From contig JBFXAQ010000014.1 of assembly GCA_050184115.1 (NCBI GenBank), positions 30,925-94,924 on the forward strand: a stretch of 64,000 bases of DNA, in the 5' to 3' direction. The notes under the pieces are model-generated. The model did not search any database. It was not told the origin of the DNA and saw nothing but the letters and a program-made list of their open reading frames with translations. Shown here one piece after another: positions 8,382 through 17,689 of the stretch. The first letter of the stretch is position 1, and every line of letters begins with the position of its first letter. Origin of the DNA: Gammaproteobacteria bacterium (GTDB lineage: Bacteria; Pseudomonadota; Gammaproteobacteria; Ga0077536). A program made the translations under genes and the position numbers.

Positions 8382-9566
8382 GTGCGAGCACTCGAGGAAT
8401 TCCGCGCGCAGACGCGCGCCTGGCTGGAAGAGAACTGCCCGCCGTCGATGCGCACGCCGCTGCCTGACGAGGAGCGCGTGTGGGGCGGGCGCAACGCGAC
8501 GTTCAGGCACCCCGACAGCAAGCTGTGGCTGGAGCGCGTCGCCGCGCGTGGCTGGACCGTGCCGACCTGGCCGGTCGAGTACGGCGGCGCGGGTCTCGAC
8601 GCCGAGCAAGCCCAGGTACTGCGCGAGGAGATGGCCCGGCTCAAGTGCCGCCAGCCGCTCGCGTCCTTCGGTATCTGGATGCTCGGCCCGGTGCTGCTCA
8701 AGTACGGCACCGAGGCGCAGAAGCGCGAGCACCTGCCCAAGATCGCCCGCGGCGAGATCCGCTGGTGCCAGGGTTACTCCGAACCCGGCGCCGGCTCCGA
8801 CCTCGCGTCACTCAAGACGCGCTGCGAGGACCAGGGCAACCACTACCTGGTCAACGGTCAGAAGATCTGGACCTCCTACGCCAACTACGCCGACTGGATC
8901 TTCTGCCTCGTGCGCACCGATACCAGCACCAAGCACAACGGCATCTCCTTCATCCTCTTCGACATGGCGAGCGAGGGCGTGGAGACGCGCCCGATCACCC
9001 TCATCAGCGGTGCCTCGGTGTTCTGCGAGACCTTTTTCACCGACGTCCGCGTGCCCAAGGACAACCTCGTCGGCGGCCTCAACCAGGGCTGGACCATCGC
9101 CAAGGAACTGCTCCAGCACGAGCGCGGCATGATCGCCGAGATCGGTCGCACCATCGGCGGCACGGTGCCGCCGGTCGACGTCGTCGCGCAGCACTACCTG
9201 GCCGACGCCGACGGCCACATCGGCGAGCCTGCGCTGCGCGATGCCGTCGCCCGCCACGTCATGAAGGACCGCGCCTTCGGCCTCACCATTCGCCGCGCCG
9301 CGCAGGAGAGCGAAGCCGGCACGGCCTCGGGTGGCCTGTCGTCGATGTTCAAGTACTACGGTACCGAGCAGAACAAGGCCAAGTTCGAACTCATCATGAA
9401 ATGCGCCGGCCACAACGCACTCGGCTGGGAGGGCGGAGGCTTCAGTGCGCAGGAACTGGAGATCTGCCGCACCTGGCTGCGCTCGAAAGGCAACTCGATC
9501 GAGGGCGGGACCTCGGAGGTGCAGTTGAACGTCATTGCCAAGCGCGTGCTCGGCCTGCCGGATTGA
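8382..9566 (+). CDS. Acyl-CoA dehydrogenase family protein
   Basis: ACAD N/M/C domain-like sequence (WTVPTWPVEYGGAGLD...RWCQGYSEPGAGSDLASL...). GTG start preceded by GGAGGA RBS. Confidence 0.8.
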   Translation: MRALEEFRAQTRAWLEENCPPSMRTPLPDEERVWGGRNATFRHPDSKLWLERVAARGWTVPTWPVEYGGAGLDAEQAQVLREEMARLKCRQPLASFGIWMLGPVLLKYGTEAQKREHLPKIARGEIRWCQGYSEPGAGSDLASLKTRCEDQGNHYLVNGQKIWTSYANYADWIFCLVRTDTSTKHNGISFILFDMASEGVETRPITLISGASVFCETFFTDVRVPKDNLVGGLNQGWTIAKELLQHERGMIAEIGRTIGGTVPPVDVVAQHYLADADGHIGEPALRDAVARHVMKDRAFGLTIRRAAQESEAGTASGGLSSMFKYYGTEQNKAKFELIMKCAGHNALGWEGGGFSAQELEICRTWLRSKGNSIEGGTSEVQLNVIAKRVLGLPD

Positions 9567-9576
9567 GGGAGAAGCG

Positions 9577-10716
9577 ATGAACCTGGTATTGAACGACGAA
9601 GAGGCCATCCTCAAGCGCGGGGCGCACGAGTATTTCGGCGAGCGTCTACCGGTGGCCGCCCTGCGCCGCCTGCGCGACGAGCGCGTTGTCGACGGCTTCG
9701 ACCGTGCGGCCTGGGCCGAGATGGCCGACATGGGCTGGGCCGGCGTGCTGCTGCCGGAGGCCTACGGTGGCGCCGGTTTCGGTTACCGCGGCATGGGCCA
9801 GATCCTGGAAGAGGCCGGGCGCACGCTGGCCGCCTCGCCGCTGGTCGCCACCGCCCTGAGCGCCGCGCCGCTGGTGCTCAGCGCCGGCAGCGAGGCCCAG
9901 CGCGAGGCCATCTTGCCCGCGGTCGCGGCCGGCGAGTGCCTGCTCGCGCTCGCTGTCGACGAGGGCGCGCGCCATGCGCCGAACCGGATCGCGACCACCT
10001 GTACGGCGGTCGAGGGCGGCCTGCGTCTCGACGGCACCAAGGTGTTCGTGCTCGATGGCCACGTCGCCGATCACTTCGTCGTCGTCGCACGCAGCCATGG
10101 CGCGGTCGATGCCGAGGACGGCATCAGCCTGCTGCTGGTGCCGGCCGACACCGCCGGCATCCGGGTCACCCGCACCGCCATGGTCGATGCGCGCAATGCC
10201 GCGCAGGTCGTGTTCGATGGCGTGACGGTCGACACCGGCGCCGTGCTCGGTACGCTCGGCGACGGCTACGCCGCCCTCGAACGTGCGCTCGATGGCGCGC
10301 GCGCGGGCCTCGCCGCGGAGATGCTCGGCAGCGGACTCGAAGCCTTCGAGCGCACCATCGCCTATCTCAAGTTGCGCGAGCAGTTCGGGCAGAAGATTGG
10401 CGCCTTCCAGGCCCTCAAGCACCGCACCGCGCTGATGTACTGCGAGATCGAATTGACCCGTTCGGCGGTACTGGCCGCGCTCGATGCTCTCGATGCCGGT
10501 AGCGCCGAAGCCCCGGCCCTGGCCAGCCTGGCCAAGGCCCAGGCCTGCGAGATGCTCGAACTGGTCACGAACGAGGCGGTGCAGATGCACGGCGGCATCG
10601 GCATGACCGACGCCGAAGAGATCGGTTTCTTCCTCAAGCGCGCGCGGGTCGCCCAGCAGACTTTCGGTGACGCGGCCTGCCATCGCGATCGCTACGCGCG
10701 CCTGGCGGGTTTCTGA
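9577..10716 (+). CDS. Acyl-CoA dehydrogenase family protein (second, adjacent; possible partner subunit)
   Basis: MNLVLNDEE... with ACAD C-terminal region (QMHGGIGMTDAEEIGFF). Start 10 nt after the stop of the upstream ACAD, with GAGGGAGAAG RBS. Confidence 0.75.
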   Translation: MNLVLNDEEAILKRGAHEYFGERLPVAALRRLRDERVVDGFDRAAWAEMADMGWAGVLLPEAYGGAGFGYRGMGQILEEAGRTLAASPLVATALSAAPLVLSAGSEAQREAILPAVAAGECLLALAVDEGARHAPNRIATTCTAVEGGLRLDGTKVFVLDGHVADHFVVVARSHGAVDAEDGISLLLVPADTAGIRVTRTAMVDARNAAQVVFDGVTVDTGAVLGTLGDGYAALERALDGARAGLAAEMLGSGLEAFERTIAYLKLREQFGQKIGAFQALKHRTALMYCEIELTRSAVLAALDALDAGSAEAPALASLAKAQACEMLELVTNEAVQMHGGIGMTDAEEIGFFLKRARVAQQTFGDAACHRDRYARLAGF

Positions 10717-10726
10717 GCCGCTCGCG

Positions 10727-10903
10727 ATGAACGCTTACGAGGTGCGCCTGCGCACCGCCGGCGGCGAACGCAGCATCACTGTCGAGGCGGAGACGGCCGC
10801 CGCCGCGCGTGACGCGGTCGAGGCGACGCACGACGACGAGATCGTCGCCGTGCGCCTGCTGCATGTGCTCTCGTTCAGCTGCCGCGTACGCGACGGACGC
10901 TGA
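10727..10903 (+). CDS. Small hypothetical protein (58 aa)
   Basis: Short ORF MNAYEVRLRTAGGERSITVEAE... directly after the ACAD. Weak RBS. Confidence 0.2.
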   Translation: MNAYEVRLRTAGGERSITVEAETAAAARDAVEATHDDEIVAVRLLHVLSFSCRVRDGR

Positions 10904-10921
10904 GGCAGGCCGCGCCCGCAC

Positions 10922-11269
10922 CTACTTCCGGGCGTGATGGCCGGCGGCGTGCTGCGTGGCGCGCTGGGCGGCGACGACGTCGCCGACCTTGCGCGTCGGA
11001 TCCTTCTGGCATTCCGACCACACCTGGTCGACCTCGACCGGTAACCAGTCCTCGTCGATGACCTCGGTCATGACGCCGTCGCGGGCGTTCCAGCCATCGT
11101 GCCAATAGACCACCTCGGGCACGTACTCCATGTCGGTGACGAGGAGGTCCTTGCAGGTCAGGTCTCTCGGATGCCCGGTGGACGCTGCGTGATGTTCGGC
11201 AGCGGTGACGCCACCGCCGGTCACCAGGGCACCGAGGACCAGGACGGCCATTACGTGGGTTCTCTTCAT
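10922..11269 (-). CDS. HdeA-like periplasmic acid-stress chaperone
   Basis: Signal peptide MKRTHVMAVLVLGALVTGGGVTAAE. LTCKDLLVTDMEYVPEVVYW resembles the HdeA WTCEDFLAVDESFQP core with conserved Cys. Confidence 0.55.
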   Translation of the reverse strand: MKRTHVMAVLVLGALVTGGGVTAAEHHAASTGHPRDLTCKDLLVTDMEYVPEVVYWHDGWNARDGVMTEVIDEDWLPVEVDQVWSECQKDPTRKVGDVVAAQRATQHAAGHHARK

Positions 11270-11631
11270 GACGGCTTCTCCTGCGCGTTGTCGCGGTGAT
11301 GTCCGCTGGATGCTTGGACCGCGACGTGGGCGAATGTCGGTTACCGTCTCCTGGCCGCCTGATTAAGGATTGGTAAGGTCGGCACGCGGGTCGGCGGCCT
11401 TCACCGCCGGCCCGTTGTTGCCTTCGGCCGTGTCCGCGCCCGTGGCCACCACCGTGATGGTGGCCGTCGTCGCCGGAGTAGTACTCGATCGCCGGCCAGT
11501 CGATTTCCGCGACCCGACGGCCCATCACGGGTGAGTCGAGATTGCGGTCGACGAAGTGGTTGCCACCGTAGCGACGCGCTACCGGTCGAAGCACGCTGAG
11601 ACAGGTCGAGCGCGCCGCGCGACGTCGGGTA

Positions 11632-12153
11632 CTACGAAGCGACAGCGCAACTGACGGCCGTGTCCGGTCGCGCGGGCAGCAGCGTCACGGTATCGCCCAG
11701 GTGCACGATTCCACCGCTGATCACCCGCGCCGTGATGCCGCCGTGGCCGCGCACGGCGTTGTAGCCACCGGCGCCGAAGGTCTCCTCCATGCGCGAGCAG
11801 GGATGGCAGGCGCCGGTGCCCTCGAGCAGCGTCGCACCCATGCGGAAACGACGTTTCGCGAGCGCGAGGAGATTGATCCCCGCGACGACGACGTTGCGAC
11901 GAAGCAGCGCCGGGTCGATGTCGTCGCGGGCGAGGAGGGCGGCGAGCACGGCGAGGTGCTCGTGCTGGACCAGGGTCACCTGCCGGCGCCCGGAACGGCC
12001 AGCGTAGTGATCGCCCGCGATGCCGCTGGCGGCGTCGAGGATCAGCCTGTCGCAGGCCGTGAGCGGCGCGCGCCGCGCGGAGCGGGCGCCGAGCCACGTC
12101 ACCCGTCCACTGCGCGGCAGGCTGTCGAACAGCTCGGCGAGGGTCGGCGTCAT
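11632..12153 (-). CDS. MOSC domain-containing protein
   Basis: 173 aa with the conserved MOSC core ...GDHYAGRSGRRQVTLV...GTGACHPCSRME. Start MTPTLAELF (CAT 12151-12153). Confidence 0.65.
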   Translation of the reverse strand: MTPTLAELFDSLPRSGRVTWLGARSARRAPLTACDRLILDAASGIAGDHYAGRSGRRQVTLVQHEHLAVLAALLARDDIDPALLRRNVVVAGINLLALAKRRFRMGATLLEGTGACHPCSRMEETFGAGGYNAVRGHGGITARVISGGIVHLGDTVTLLPARPDTAVSCAVAS

Positions 12154-12184
12154 CAGCGCTGCCCGGTTGCGGCGCGGCGCCGGC

Positions 12185-13249
12185 TCAGGCCTTGCGCGGC
12201 GCGGCCTTCTTCGGCGCCTTTTTCTTCGTGGGCGTCTTCTTCGCGGACCGCGCGCCGGACGCCTTGTAGGCATTGAACAGGCGCTCCTTGGGATACTCCG
12301 CCCCGGCGACGTGCTCGATGGTCGAGATGCGCACCATCTGGTAGATGCGGATGCGGAACTCGGGGTCGCAGGACATGCGCACGTAGAGATCGCGCGGGGG
12401 CACGCCGTAATCCTCCGCCAGCCATTGCATGAGGTTGGCGGTGGCATCGTAGACCGCGTGCTCGAGCGGGCGATTGATGCCGACGGCGACGATGGAGTCG
12501 GGCTTCTCAATGCGCACGCAAGGCAGGCGCTTGTTCTTCACCACCGTGCAGGAAAGTTGCACCGTGGCTCGCGTTTCGTCGGCGATGCCGGTGAACTCGG
12601 TGTCGCCCTGGCCGCCGTGGCAATCGCCGATGTAGAGCAGGCCGCCGTCGTTGTAGCTGTTGAGGTAGACGGTGTGGCCGGCGCGGATGTCGCGACAGTC
12701 GATGTTGCCGCCGAACGGGCCCTGGCCGAGCACCGAGGTGAAGACTTCACGCTCGGGCGCGGTGGCCAAGGTGCCGATGAACGGTTCGAGCTTCCAGGTC
12801 AGCGAGTCGGAGTACTTGCCCCAGCCGTCGCGGGTATGCCCGCTCGGCCCCGGCAGGTGTTCGATGACGTGGACGTAGCCCTGCGCGCAGTCCTTGTAGC
12901 GCAGCGAGTCGCCGAGCGGGCCCATGCCGGGGATGATGCCCGAGAAGCCGTAGCGCCAGGGATCGATCCAGTCGATGTGCACGGCGAGCACGTCGCCGGC
13001 CTTGCAGCCCTCGACGAAGATCGGGCCGACCACCGGGTTGAACAGCCCCGGCGTGGCCTTGGCGAGGCTCGCGAAATGCTTGCCCTCGAAGCCCATCACC
13101 TTGGGGTGGTCGCTGTCATCGGCGATCATGCCGGACAGGGCGTCATCCGTTTCGACCCGGAAGGTCTCACCCGGCTTGACCTTGAGGCATGGCTTGTCAC
13201 GGTTGTCGAAGGCGTATTTCTGGACCTTGCGGCGCTTGATCGTGCGCAT
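12185..13249 (-). CDS. Acetamidase/formamidase (FmdA/AmdA family) with Lys/Ala/Pro-rich C-terminal tail
   Basis: FmdA_AmdA-like sequence (GPIFVEGCKAGDVLAVHI...CRDIRAGHTVYL...). Strong RBS GGGGAGGGAAAACG before ATG (MRTIKRRK). C-terminus KASGARSAKKTPTKKKAPKKAAPRKA. Confidence 0.75.
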   Translation of the reverse strand: MRTIKRRKVQKYAFDNRDKPCLKVKPGETFRVETDDALSGMIADDSDHPKVMGFEGKHFASLAKATPGLFNPVVGPIFVEGCKAGDVLAVHIDWIDPWRYGFSGIIPGMGPLGDSLRYKDCAQGYVHVIEHLPGPSGHTRDGWGKYSDSLTWKLEPFIGTLATAPEREVFTSVLGQGPFGGNIDCRDIRAGHTVYLNSYNDGGLLYIGDCHGGQGDTEFTGIADETRATVQLSCTVVKNKRLPCVRIEKPDSIVAVGINRPLEHAVYDATANLMQWLAEDYGVPPRDLYVRMSCDPEFRIRIYQMVRISTIEHVAGAEYPKERLFNAYKASGARSAKKTPTKKKAPKKAAPRKA

Positions 13250-13391
13250 CGTTTTCCCTCCCCGGATGGATGTCACCGAGCGGGCATTCTAAGCCCGCGA
13301 CGCGGGCAAATTGCCCTGTCTGCTCGTATGACCGGCGCGTAGCGTGGTCGACGAGCCGGGACTGCGACCCGGTCGGAGGAGGACCCAACCC

Positions 13392-13856
13392 ATGACCCAG
13401 CGACCAGCCGCGCTCGTGCGCTTCGACGACGCCAGCATCAACTGGCGCCGGCTCGGCGAGTTCGAGCATTTCCACTACACCATCATCGACGTCGACCCGG
13501 ACAACGAGGTCGCCGATTTCGCGCTGCGCTTCGTGCCCGGTGAACGCATCTTTCTGCACCGCCACCGCGCCCACACCAACACCACCGTGGTGCAGGGCGA
13601 GCACCGCATCTACGAACCGGCCGGGGACCTGCGCGAGGTGCGCCCACAGGGCAGCTACACTTCGTCGCCAGCCGCGCCCGAGCCGCATGCCGAGGGCGGC
13701 GGGCCGGACGGCGCTGTCGTCGTCTACCAGACCCGCGGCAGCGCCGACGGCGTGGTTTTCGACGTCCTCGACGAGGCCCACAACGTGGTCGGCACGCTCG
13801 GCGTGAACGACCTCACCCAGTTGTTCGAACTGCAGGGGCGACGTCCCGGCGCCTGA
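13392..13856 (+). CDS. Cupin-like hypothetical protein
   Basis: GGAGGAGGA RBS before ATG. HRHRAHTNTTVVQGEH resembles a cupin metal-binding motif. Divergent from the formamidase gene. Confidence 0.45.
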   Translation: MTQRPAALVRFDDASINWRRLGEFEHFHYTIIDVDPDNEVADFALRFVPGERIFLHRHRAHTNTTVVQGEHRIYEPAGDLREVRPQGSYTSSPAAPEPHAEGGGPDGAVVVYQTRGSADGVVFDVLDEAHNVVGTLGVNDLTQLFELQGRRPGA

Positions 13857-13962
13857 ACCGCGAGCGTCCCCGCGCGCCACGATCGGGGGTATCCTGTCGC
13901 CGGCTTCGCCACGGGCCGGGCGGTGGCCGTCCACACCCGGTCACCACCCAACGTGTCCACAG

Positions 13963-14604
13963 GTGATGACGGTGCAGGTTACCCCCGTCCAGGTTCTCGA
14001 TTTCTATTTCGGCACGCGCCTCGACGACGTCGCCGCCGCGCGCGCCTGCCTCGACCGCTGGTTCACGTTCGACCGCGCCTTCGACGCCGAGGTCGATGCA
14101 CGCCTCGGCGCTGCCGTGCGGCACGCCCTCGACGGTGGCTTCGGCGAGTGGAGAGGCGAGGCGCGCTCGGCGCTGGCACTGGTCGTCCTGCTCGACCAAC
14201 TGCCGCGCAACATCTTCCGCGGTACCGCGCGTGCCTTCGCCGGTGATGCGCGGGCGCGCGCGGTCGCTTTGCAGGCATTCGAAGACGGCCACGACCACGC
14301 GCTCTCGCTGACCGAGCGCATCATCCTGCACATGCCGCTCGAACACGCCGAGGACCTCGCCCTGCAGGAACGCTGCGTGGCCGGCTACGAGGCCCTGCAC
14401 GCGGCGGCCGACCCGGCCTGGCACCCGATCACGAGCGCGGCGCTCAAGGCCGGCCACGACCACCGTGCGGTGATCAGGCGCTTTGGCCGCTTCCCGCATC
14501 GCAACGTCCTGCTCGGCCGCGAATGTACGGCCGAGGAGACCGCCTACCTCGCCGAGAACCGCAGCGCCTGGGGCCAGGGTGCGGCCGATCTCGAGAAAAT
14601 CTGA
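13963..14604 (+). CDS. DUF924 family protein
   Basis: LDQLPRNIFRG and overall ~210 aa architecture are characteristic of DUF924. Confidence 0.65.
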   Translation: MMTVQVTPVQVLDFYFGTRLDDVAAARACLDRWFTFDRAFDAEVDARLGAAVRHALDGGFGEWRGEARSALALVVLLDQLPRNIFRGTARAFAGDARARAVALQAFEDGHDHALSLTERIILHMPLEHAEDLALQERCVAGYEALHAAADPAWHPITSAALKAGHDHRAVIRRFGRFPHRNVLLGRECTAEETAYLAENRSAWGQGAADLEKI

Positions 14605-14635
14605 AGTTCCACTTCGCGACGCCACCATCGCCCCA

Positions 14636-15070
14636 ATGAGCAAGACCCTGTGGACGCGCCCGGTGACCCCGGCCGACATCAACGAACTGCACCGCGCAAC
14701 CGCCTGTGAGAGCCTCGGCATCGAGTTCGTCGAGATCGGGCCCGACTACATGCGCGCGACCATGCCGGTCGACGCGCGCACGGTACAGCCCTATCGCATC
14801 CTGCACGGCGGCGCCTCGTTGCTGCTGGCCGAGACCCTGGCCTCGTGCGCGGCTGCCTTTGCCGCGCCGCCCGACCAGCGCGTGGTCGGGCTCGAGGTCA
14901 ATGGCAATCACCTCAAGTCGGCGCGCACCGGCCACGTCACCGGCACGGTGCGGCCGGTACACGTCGGCCGCAGCACGCAGGTCTGGCAGGTCGAGATCGT
15001 CAACGAAGCCGGTGAGCTGTGCTGCCTGTCGCGGGCGACGCTGGCCGTGCTGCAACCCTCCAGCGGTTGA
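14636..15070 (+). CDS. PaaI/hotdog-fold thioesterase
   Basis: 144 aa with ...YRILHGGASLLLAETLASCAAA...VWQVEIVNEAGELCCLSRATLAVLQ, a typical PaaI/4HBT fold. Trimmed from ORF 14483..15070. Confidence 0.7.
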   Translation: MSKTLWTRPVTPADINELHRATACESLGIEFVEIGPDYMRATMPVDARTVQPYRILHGGASLLLAETLASCAAAFAAPPDQRVVGLEVNGNHLKSARTGHVTGTVRPVHVGRSTQVWQVEIVNEAGELCCLSRATLAVLQPSSG

Positions 15071-15144
15071 TTGTCGCGCGCGCGAACCGGTGCTAGGTTC
15101 GCCTGCGACGCACCCGCCCGCGGTGCCCTGAGGGGAGCTGAATC

Positions 15145-15699
15145 ATGGCCAACCTGAGCCCGGTGCCGTTCGCGGACATCCCGGACTACCTGCAGAACGT
15201 CATGCATGCCTACGACGACGAACTCGGCGGTTCGGGTTTCGTCCAGGTGTTCGCGCATGCACCCGAGGTGTTCAAGCACTTCATCGATTTCTATTTCAAG
15301 CTCGAGCTCGAGACCCGTGGCGTGGTCGACGGCGTCATCACCGAACTGGCCCGCCTGATGGTGGCGCAGAAGAACAATTGTCATCTCTGAATGGGCGCCC
15401 GCCTTGCGGTCGCAAGGCAGGCAGGTCTGGACGAAGCGAAGATCGCGGAGGTTCCGCGTTACCGCGAGAGCGCGCTGTTGAACGCGCGCGAGAAGGCGGC
15501 CATCCATTACGCCGAGGTGCTGGCCGGCGATCACCAGTCGGCTGACCAGGCGTTGTTCGACGAGTTGCGCACCCAGTTCAGCGAAGCGGAGATCATCGAC
15601 CTCGGTATTCGCATCATGACCTTCGTTGGCTACGGTCGGCTGGTGCGCGTGCTCGGGCTCGAGATCGGCGGTACCTGTCCGCTGCCGCACCCGGGCTGA
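15145..15699 (+). CDS. AhpD-like / carboxymuconolactone decarboxylase (CMD)-family protein, candidate selenoprotein with in-frame UGA (Sec) at 15388-15390
   Basis: ORFs 15145..15390 and 15391..15699 are in the same frame and together give a full CMD/AhpD-like protein. The only interruption is TGA at the position of the second active-site Cys (NNCHL-U-MGA versus the family N-G-C-x-Y-C). A SECIS-like hairpin follows immediately. Confidence 0.55.
15397..15422 (+). other. Bacterial SECIS-like stem-loop downstream of the in-frame UGA
   Basis: 5'-GCCCGCCUUGC-GGUC-GCAAGGCAGGC-3' forms 11 pairs with one C·A mismatch. The GGUC apical loop starts 18 nt after UGA, matching the loop and spacing I recall for E. 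coli fdhF SECIS. Confidence 0.5.
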
Positions 15700-15777
15700 G
15701 CGACGCGCGGGACGGGCGCGACGCGGGCACCGAGGTACCCGCGGTGCGCCCGCGGCCGGCGTCGTCGAGGTGGCATT

Positions 15778-16887
15778 TCAGGCGTTCGCTGGCAGCCGCG
15801 CGAGCAGTTGCTCGGCGGCGCGGACGAGGGCGTCCTGGTGGGGCTGCAATTCCTGCTGCCCCATGTTGCCGAGGATGGCCTGGAAGGGATCGACGAGACC
15901 GGTGTCGACGCCGGCCAGGGTCTCGATGACGGCGTGGGCGAAGAACGGCACGGTCGGCGCGCTGTAGCCGCCCTCGTGGCACATCACCAGGCGCCCGTCG
16001 CAGCACTCGTCGGCGAAGCGCATGAGCTTACGCGTCAAGGCGCGATAGCCCTCGCTGGTCATCATCTGGCGACCCAGCGGGTCGTAGGCGCCGGCATCGA
16101 AGCCCGACGGCACGAAGATCAGCTCCGGGCGGTACTTCTCCAGCGCCGGCAGCACGACGCGGTCGAACACCGCCTCGTAGGCACCCACGCCCGAGCCCGG
16201 CGGCAGCGGCACGTTGATGTTGCAGCCGGCACCACGGCCCTCGCCGTTCTCGTGCAGGAAGCCCGAGTTGTGCGGGAAGCAGCGATCCTGGTGTACCGAG
16301 ATGGTCAGCGCGCGTGGATCGTCGTAGAACGCCGCCTGGGTGCCATTGCCGTGGTGCACGTCCCAGTCGACGTAGGCGATGCGCGCAAGCCCGCGCACGT
16401 CGAGCGCGTGGCGCCCGGCGATGGCGCCGTTGCAGAAGATGCAGAAGCCCATGGCGAGTTCGGGCATGGCGTGGTGGCCGGGCGGACGCACCAGGGCGTA
16501 GGCGTTGGCGAGGCGACCGTCGAGCACCGCGTCGACCGCCGCGACGACGCCGCCGGCGGCGAGCAGCGCGATGTCGAAGCTGCCGCGACCCATCGGCGTG
16601 AACACGCCGGCGTCGACGCCGAGGCTGTCGTTGAGTCCGCGGATGTGCTCGAGATGGGTGCGGGTGTGCACGCGCAGGACCTCGGCTTCGGTCGCCGGAC
16701 GGGGGGCGATCTCGGTGACCTGGTCGAGCAGGCCGGACACCGCCATGAGGTTCCTGATGCGGCGCTTGGTGTCGGGGTTCTCGGCGTGCTCGTAGGGTTC
16801 GACGGGATTACCGTAGGGCATGACGCCGGCGAGGTTGCCGGTGTTGTGCCAGAGGTAGAGTTCATGAAATACGAAGCCGGTCGGCAT
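15778..16887 (-). CDS. Histone-deacetylase-family amidohydrolase (AcuC/AphA-like)
   Basis: Arginase/deacetylase-fold motifs (PPGHHA, DWDVHHGNGTQ, GGGY...). Start MPTGFVFHELYLWH with GGGGAGGA RBS (CAT 16885-16887). Confidence 0.8.
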   Translation of the reverse strand: MPTGFVFHELYLWHNTGNLAGVMPYGNPVEPYEHAENPDTKRRIRNLMAVSGLLDQVTEIAPRPATEAEVLRVHTRTHLEHIRGLNDSLGVDAGVFTPMGRGSFDIALLAAGGVVAAVDAVLDGRLANAYALVRPPGHHAMPELAMGFCIFCNGAIAGRHALDVRGLARIAYVDWDVHHGNGTQAAFYDDPRALTISVHQDRCFPHNSGFLHENGEGRGAGCNINVPLPPGSGVGAYEAVFDRVVLPALEKYRPELIFVPSGFDAGAYDPLGRQMMTSEGYRALTRKLMRFADECCDGRLVMCHEGGYSAPTVPFFAHAVIETLAGVDTGLVDPFQAILGNMGQQELQPHQDALVRAAEQLLARLPANA

Positions 16888-16912
16888 GCCTGAGTCCTCC
16901 CCGGGATTTGTG

Positions 16913-17689
16913 ATGACGGCGCGCCGTATTGTCGCGCAAAGCCGCTGGCTTGCCGTGGCCGCGATGGTGGCCGTCGTCGTCACCGCGACCGTGACGGCGG
17001 CACCCGAGCCCGGCGCAAGGCAGTTCGTCGTCGGCGCGTTCTCGACGGCGCACCCGGGCGAGGCGACGGACCCGGCCTGGCGGCCGCTCGCGTTCGACGG
17101 CCGGCCCGGGCCGACCGTCTATACGCTGGTCGCGGACGGCGGCGCAACGGTGGTGGCGGCACGCGCTGCGGGGACCGCGTCCGGGCTTCTGCGCGAACTC
17201 GACCTGGCGCCGACGCAGTGGCCGCGGCTGCGCTGGCGCTGGAAGCTCGAAACCCTGCCGCGCGGCGCCGACATCGGCCGTCGCGAGGGCGACGACTACG
17301 CCGCACGGATTTACGTCACCTTCGCCTACGACGCCGAGGACGTCGGCCTGTTCGAACGCGCGCGGTTCGAACTGCTGCGGCTGCGTTACGGACACTACCC
17401 GCCGCGCGCCGCGCTGAACTACGTCTGGGACGCCGGCGCCGCGGTCGGCACCGTCAGGCCCAATGCCTACACCGGCCGGGTGCGCATGGTGGTGCTCGAA
17501 TCCGGGCCGGCCCGAGCGGGCGAGTGGGTCATCGAGGAGCGCGACCTCCTCGCCGATTTCCGCCACGCCTTCGGCTACCCGCCGCCGCGCATCAGCGGCA
17601 TCGCCATCATGACCGATGCCGACGACACCGGATCGGTCGCGGCGGCACGTTACGGCGACATCGAGCTCCTCGGACACGGGGCGCCGTGA
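16913..17689 (+). CDS. DUF3047 domain protein (secreted/membrane-anchored)
   Basis: Start MTARRIVAQSRWLAVAAMVAVVV (signal/anchor) and DUF3047-like body. An alternative ATG at 16886 would overlap the divergent HDAC start. Confidence 0.55.
   Translation: MTARRIVAQSRWLAVAAMVAVVVTATVTAAPEPGARQFVVGAFSTAHPGEATDPAWRPLAFDGRPGPTVYTLVADGGATVVAARAAGTASGLLRELDLAPTQWPRLRWRWKLETLPRGADIGRREGDDYAARIYVTFAYDAEDVGLFERARFELLRLRYGHYPPRAALNYVWDAGAAVGTVRPNAYTGRVRMVVLESGPARAGEWVIEERDLLADFRHAFGYPPPRISGIAIMTDADDTGSVAAARYGDIELLGHGAP

Noticed and set aside
10875-11594. 239-aa minus-strand ORF with His-rich stretch (DDGHHHGGGHGRGHG)
   Set aside because: It overlaps the HdeA-like gene on the same strand in another frame and is low-complexity. 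It is probably spurious; at most a short N-terminal fragment could be real.
15388-15390. Treating 15145..15390 and 15391..15699 as two separate genes or a simple nonsense pseudogene
   Set aside because: Not fully rejected. The stop falls exactly at the catalytic Cys position with an fdhF-like hairpin at the correct spacing, so Sec recoding is favoured. Pseudogene remains the alternative if no sel genes exist.
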